The notes under the pieces: generated by a model
What the model was told of the DNA's origin: nothing
Seen by the model: only the letters and a program-made list of their open reading frames with translations
The model's database searches: none
Made by a program: the position numbers and the translations under genes
Assembly: GCF_020641055.1 (NCBI RefSeq)
Contig: NZ_CP067345.1
Reading direction: 5' to 3' (one strand)
From: Clostridioides sp. ES-S-0010-02
GTDB taxonomy: Bacteria; Bacillota; Clostridia; Peptostreptococcales; Peptostreptococcaceae
DNA: 32,000 bases
In this document: piece after piece, positions 28,117 to 32,000 of the stretch
Position numbering within the stretch: the stretch's first letter is position 1
How the letters are laid out: each line of letters begins with the position of its first letter

Positions 28117-28145
28117 AGCTTACTATTTTTTTAAAATTTTGTCAA
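28117..28145 (-). promoter_or_regulatory. candidate promoter of the S-box-metK unit
   Basis: TTGACA (28140-28145), 17-nt spacer, weak -10 TAAGCT (28117-28122). Confidence 0.35.
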
Positions 28146-28273
28146 GATTTTTAGCCATATTTTTGCCATTACTTTTTTTGTGAGACAAATAAAATATTAT
28201 CTCTATCTGAAATTTAAAGTTAGGTCTTTTTAGTGTTTTTTATTCATATATTTTTTTGAAGGGGGTGTTCCTA

Positions 28274-28783
28274 TTGTATTTAGCTAAAGTAAATTACAGC
28301 GATGATGATGTTATACAGATGCTAAGTTCAGTTCTCAAAACCATAATTAATGAAAATACGATTGTTGTTTGCATAGGAACAGACAGGGCTATAGGTGATA
28401 CTTTAGGCCCTTTAGTTGGAACAATACTTAAAAACAGTAAATTTAAATACCCCGTTTACGGTACACTAGATAACCCTATTCACGCCTTAAATATATATGA
28501 GTCTTTAGATACTATAAAAAATACACATATGCAAGGTAACTTCTTGGCTATAGATGCTTGCTTGGGGTCACAGAGTAACATAGGCAATATACAGATTAGA
28601 GAAGGACCTATCCTGCCCGGAAAAGGTGTGGGAAAAAAACTACCTCAAATAGGAAATTATTCTATAGTAGGGATTGTAGATAAAATTGATGAAAATAACA
28701 GACTTTCATTTAATAATATACGTCTTAGCTTTATACTAGACTTAGCTGAAACAATAGCCTTAGCACTATTGGTATCTACTTAA
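28274..28783 (+). CDS. yyaC: putative sporulation protein YyaC (GPR-like protease family)
   Basis: The VVCIGTDRAIGDTLGPLVGT and LAIDACLG motifs are characteristic of YyaC. The start is uncertain: either the TTG at 28274 (6 nt after GAAGGGGGTG) or the ORF-track TTG at 28256. This is the only plus-strand gene in the window. Confidence 0.8.
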   Translation: MYLAKVNYSDDDVIQMLSSVLKTIINENTIVVCIGTDRAIGDTLGPLVGTILKNSKFKYPVYGTLDNPIHALNIYESLDTIKNTHMQGNFLAIDACLGSQSNIGNIQIREGPILPGKGVGKKLPQIGNYSIVGIVDKIDENNRLSFNNIRLSFILDLAETIALALLVST

Positions 28784-28820
28784 ATCTTATATAAGGTAAC
28801 TGATAAAATTTTTTGTATTA

Positions 28821-28880
28821 AAAAGGTAGATACTATAGAGTATTTAATTTAATAAATACTCCAAATTATCTACCTTTTTA
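28821..28880. terminator. bidirectional terminator between the convergent genes yyaC and fabZ
   Basis: Nested hairpin AAAAGGTAGATA..GAGTATTTA-auuuaa-TAAATACTC..TATCTACCTTTT, with A and T tracts on both sides. Confidence 0.75.
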
Positions 28881-28927
28881 TTTTGATATTTATTCTTCTG
28901 TTTTAATGCTTTTCATTTTTAAAAATT

Positions 28928-29356
28928 TTATTTTTCTACTAGAGCAAACATTAACTCACCTTTACAGACAAGTTCTTCACCAACATAAGCTTTAGCATCT
29001 GCTTTTGCTATATTTCTTCTAAGCGTTGTCATTTCAACTTCCATAGTCAATGTATCTCCTGGTCTTACTTCTCTCTTGATTCTAACTTTATCAATACCAG
29101 CAAATACACCTAATTTCCCTTTATTTTCTTCCAAAGACATCATTGCTACTCCACACACTTGTGCTAGAGCTTCTACTATCAGCACTCCTGGCATCAATGG
29201 GTAATTTGGAAAATGACCTTGAAAAAATGGTTCATTAACTGTTACATTTTTTATACCAACAGCTCTTTTTCCAACTTCTAACTCTGTAATCTTGTCCACT
29301 AATAAAAATGGATATCTATGTGGTATTAGTTCTTTTATTTCATCTATATTTAACAT
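28928..29356 (-). CDS. fabZ: 3-hydroxyacyl-ACP dehydratase FabZ
   Basis: [18 protein letters not shown] and [11 protein letters not shown] hot-dog motifs. Confidence 0.95.
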   Translation of the reverse strand: MLNIDEIKELIPHRYPFLLVDKITELEVGKRAVGIKNVTVNEPFFQGHFPNYPLMPGVLIVEALAQVCGVAMMSLEENKGKLGVFAGIDKVRIKREVRPGDTLTMEVEMTTLRRNIAKADAKAYVGEELVCKGELMFALVEK

Positions 29357-29371
29357 TTTAAACTCTCCTAA

Positions 29372-30391
29372 TTATTTTCTTTTGAAAGACCCACCTGTTT
29401 CAAGTAAATCTATTGAGCCCAAAGCAATCCCTGTTCCTTTCGCAACACAAGATAGTGGTTCATCTGCTATTGTAACAGTTATTCCTGTTCTCTGTTCTAT
29501 TATCTTATCTAATCCATATAATAATGAGCCTCCGCCAGTCATTATTATACCAACATCACCTATGTCTGCTGCTAATTCAGGTGGTGTTTTTTCTAAAACA
29601 GCATGAGTTGCAACAACTATTTGTTCAACACATTCTCTAAGGGCTTCTAACATTTCTGCTGAGTTTATAGTTATAGAACTAGGAAGACCTGTAATCAGAT
29701 TTCTTCCTGTTATTTTCATATACTTTTCTTCTTCTCTCTTAAATGCAGAACCAATTTCAAACTTAATTTTTTCTGCGGTTCTTTCTCCAATAAGAAGATT
29801 ATGTTGTTTTTTCATGTACTTAACTATAGCATCATCAAATCGGTCTCCGCCAACTTTTATAGATTCACTTACAACTGCTCCCCCTAGTGATATTACGGCT
29901 ATATCTACAGTTCCTCCACCAATATCTATAATCATATTACCATTAGGTTGTGATATGTCTACACCAGCTCCTATAGCTGCTGCTATTGGCTCTTCTATGA
30001 TATACACTTCTCTAGCCCCAGCTTGTCTAGTAGCATCCTCTACTGCTCTCTTTTCTACTTCTGTAACACCTGTTGGCACACATACCATAATTCTAGGCAT
30101 GAAAAATCTTCCAAATCCCTTTTTATCAACTATCTTATCTATAAAAGATTTTAACATCTTCTCAGTTACATCATAATCTGAAATTACACCATCTCTTAAA
30201 GGTCTTATTGCAACTATATTTCCTGGTGTTCTTCCTATCATTTTTTTAGCCTCTTCTCCTACAGCTAAAACAGAATCTGTTCTGTTGTCTATTGCAACAA
30301 CAGATGGTTCTTCTAAAACGATTCCCTTACCACTAACATAAACAAGTACATTTGCAGTACCTAAATCTATGCCTATATCAGCTCCAGCCAT
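29372..30391 (-). CDS. mreB: actin-like rod-shape protein, MreB/Mbl family
   Basis: IGIDLGTANVLVY, DIGGGTVDIAVISLGG and MTGGGSLL motifs. Lies next to spoIIID, as mbl does in Bacillus. Confidence 0.93.
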   Translation of the reverse strand: MAGADIGIDLGTANVLVYVSGKGIVLEEPSVVAIDNRTDSVLAVGEEAKKMIGRTPGNIVAIRPLRDGVISDYDVTEKMLKSFIDKIVDKKGFGRFFMPRIMVCVPTGVTEVEKRAVEDATRQAGAREVYIIEEPIAAAIGAGVDISQPNGNMIIDIGGGTVDIAVISLGGAVVSESIKVGGDRFDDAIVKYMKKQHNLLIGERTAEKIKFEIGSAFKREEEKYMKITGRNLITGLPSSITINSAEMLEALRECVEQIVVATHAVLEKTPPELAADIGDVGIIMTGGGSLLYGLDKIIEQRTGITVTIADEPLSCVAKGTGIALGSIDLLETGGSFKRK

Positions 30392-30565
30392 TTTTTCAAC
30401 TCCTTCATTTATATATTAGATTATATTATAAGCCTATTTATTAATACTCCTATAATAAAGCATATACAAAAATCTCGCTTTAATCAAGAGAAAATAAATG
30501 TTTTGAGAGTATTATTCTTTTGCTATTTATAATTATATAATATATTTCTTACAATAATTTAATGT

Positions 30566-30592
30566 AATAAAAAAAGTAGGTTTTTAACCTAC
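30566..30592 (-). terminator. spoIIID terminator (overlaps the stop codon)
   Basis: GTAGGTT-aaa-AACCTAC, followed by TTTTTTTATT on the minus strand. Confidence 0.65.
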
Positions 30593-30849
30593 ATTTTTTT
30601 ATGTTCCTTCTCATACTTTAATTTCGTTGCTAATCCCCCTCTAATATGTCTCTCTGATTTATTTTTGTCTAGCACACTTTTAACTTCTTTGGCAAGGGAT
30701 GGATTTATTTCCTTTAATCTTTCTGTAACATCCTTGTGAATTGTACTCTTACTTACTCCAAATGTCTTGGCTGTTTGTCTTACTGTAGTGTTTTTTTCAA
30801 GTATATATTTTGCTACCACTATGGCTCTTTCCTCTATATGAGATCTCAA
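30589..30849 (-). CDS. spoIIID: stage III sporulation transcription regulator SpoIIID
   Basis: The HTH core TVRQTAKTFGVSKSTIHKDVTERL is nearly identical to the Bacillus SpoIIID HTH. TTG start 6 nt after GAGGGGGG. Confidence 0.93.
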   Translation of the reverse strand: MRSHIEERAIVVAKYILEKNTTVRQTAKTFGVSKSTIHKDVTERLKEINPSLAKEVKSVLDKNKSERHIRGGLATKLKYEKEHKKM

Positions 30850-30881
30850 AGATTACCCCCCTCACATAATAGCTTTAATGA

Positions 30882-30910
30882 TATATATGTAAAAACACCA
30901 AAAAATATAA
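30882..30910 (-). promoter_or_regulatory. candidate sigma-E type promoter of spoIIID
   Basis: Minus strand TTATATT (30904-30910), 14-nt spacer, CATATATA (30882-30889). Compare the Bacillus SigE pattern kmATATT-N14-CATACAnT. Confidence 0.45.
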
Positions 30911-30943
30911 CAAGCTTAACCAAATATGATTAAACTTGTTATA
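30899..30943 (-). terminator. spoIIQ terminator
   Basis: TATAACAAGTTTAA-N10-TTAAGCTTGTTATA (13 of 14 bp pair), followed by TTTTTTGG. The T tract overlaps the spoIIID -35 element. Confidence 0.65.
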
Positions 30944-30946
30944 CTT

Positions 30947-31615
30947 TTACTTAATTAGACTCATTGGGTCTATAGATTTTTCTCCATTATATGCTTCTAA
31001 ATGCACATGTATACCCTCTTCACTTTCTATCTGAGAAGTACTTCCTACAGTCCCTAATGATTGTCCTTCTGTTACTTTCTGATTCTTCTTAACACTAACA
31101 TTTTCATCTAGATTTGAATATACTACTACAGTATTATTGTCGCTTTTTATTTTTACTGATTTTCCATATTCTTCATCATCAAATACATCTACTACCATTC
31201 CGTTTAATAGAGATTTTATTTCTTTACCTTTAGTACAACTAACATCTATACCTTTATGAGTTTCCCAAACATCCAATGTTTTAGAATAACTAGGTTCTTT
31301 TTCTGAATATTCTCTTATTATCTTATCACCAATGTAATTTAATTTTGTTGTACTTGACTTATTTTCTTCTTTTGCCTTAGCTTTTTCTAAGTTTTGTTTT
31401 GAATCTGTCGCAGTAGGGATAGCATCTTTCTTATCTTTTTCAATTAAATGTATTTCCTCTTCACTATCTTTATTAGATTTTTCTATCATGCCTTTATTAG
31501 AAGCTAATTTATCTACATTATTATTTGTAAACCAAACTCCACCTACTGCTAATAAACAAACACATACAAATAAAGATAAATAAAAACCATCTTTTTCTAA
31601 CAGTTTTTTCTTCAT
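30947..31615 (-). CDS. spoIIQ: stage II sporulation protein Q (LytM/M23 domain, N-terminal TM anchor)
   Basis: TM segment FYLSLFVCVCLLAVGGVWF. LytM motifs H120-KGI-D124 and H203-V-H205 are intact. 222 aa. Confidence 0.88.
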   Translation of the reverse strand: MKKKLLEKDGFYLSLFVCVCLLAVGGVWFTNNNVDKLASNKGMIEKSNKDSEEEIHLIEKDKKDAIPTATDSKQNLEKAKAKEENKSSTTKLNYIGDKIIREYSEKEPSYSKTLDVWETHKGIDVSCTKGKEIKSLLNGMVVDVFDDEEYGKSVKIKSDNNTVVVYSNLDENVSVKKNQKVTEGQSLGTVGSTSQIESEEGIHVHLEAYNGEKSIDPMSLIK

Positions 31616-31646
31616 TTCGCACCTCCAAATATATTTCTACATTTGG

Positions 31647-31675
31647 ATTATTGACGTGTTTTTGGTATTTTATAC
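31647..31675 (-). promoter_or_regulatory. candidate forespore (sigma-F/G type) promoter of spoIIQ
   Basis: Minus strand GTATA (31671-31675), 15 nt, GTCAATAAT (31647-31655). Only a partial fit to the GYATA / GGnnAnAnT and CAtaaTA patterns. Confidence 0.3.
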
Positions 31676-31680
31676 AATTA

Positions 31681-32000
31681 TTAGTATATATCTTTTATTT
31701 TTGTATCAGTATAGTAATGTGATAATATATCATAGTATTTATAGCCTTCTTCTGCCATACCTTCAGCTCCCCATTGGCTCATACCAACTCCATGACCATA
31801 TCCTTTTACTACAAAATCTATGTATCCTTCTCCAAATTTTATATCAAAGTTTGCAGAATTTAAGTTAAAAACAGTCCTCACATCTTTTCCTGTGACTTCT
31901 TTGTTTCCTAATTTTATTTTTTCTACAGTTCCAGCATCGCTTCTTTCAGTTATTGCAACTTGTTTACTCAAGTTATTTACATCTATCACAATGCTACTAT
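31681..32000 (-). CDS. spoIID: stage II sporulation protein D, C-terminal part (gene continues past the right edge)
   Basis: GYGHGVGMSQWGA motif and a C-terminus YYDILSHYYTDTKI. The frame is open to position 32000. Confidence 0.88.
   Translation of the reverse strand, partial: SSIVIDVNNLSKQVAITERSDAGTVEKIKLGNKEVTGKDVRTVFNLNSANFDIKFGEGYIDFVVKGYGHGVGMSQWGAEGMAEEGYKYYDILSHYYTDTKIKDIY

Noticed and set aside
1-32000. Scan for CRISPR arrays, tRNA/rRNA genes, toxin-antitoxin pairs and defence-system signatures.
   Set aside because: I found no regularly spaced direct repeats, no cloverleaf-like GC-rich ~75-nt blocks, and no small paired ORFs. Every ORF over 100 aa that is not an antisense shadow ORF is listed in the features, and none looks like a defence or toxin-antitoxin gene.

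Overview
Low-GC Firmicutes chromosome, almost certainly Clostridioides difficile or a close Peptostreptococcaceae relative. The gene order matches, and the 222-aa SpoIIQ has His120 in an intact LytM motif. All genes but one are on the minus strand. In transcription order (right to left): spoIID (partial), spoIIQ, spoIIID, mreB/mbl, fabZ, [yyaC on +], SAM-I riboswitch-metK, ykvI-like membrane protein, recD2-comFC, and a ~210-nt structured ncRNA with its own promoter and terminator (best explained as a raiA-motif RNA). Next comes an 8-gene PRD-regulator / PTS / Ntn-asparaginase / peptidase / cutC block. It is followed by a 565-bp AT-rich spacer with a DnaA-box cluster, then hpf (raiA), secA, prfB (+1 frameshift), tex, an amidohydrolase, FMN riboswitch-ribU, a DUF4116 repeat protein, tsaE-tsaB-rimI-tsaD, and the start of one more gene. 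I found no transposase, integrase, CRISPR array, tRNA or rRNA. The most interesting items are: (1) the orphan structured RNA downstream of comFC; (2) the uncharacterised PTS/glycosylasparaginase-like operon that separates this RNA from hpf, and which includes a stand-alone GrdB-N-terminal-like protein; (3) the DnaA-box cluster upstream of hpf; (4) the 12 x 22-aa DUF4116 repeat protein. All calls come from reading the sequence and remembering protein and RNA family signatures. No database search was run.
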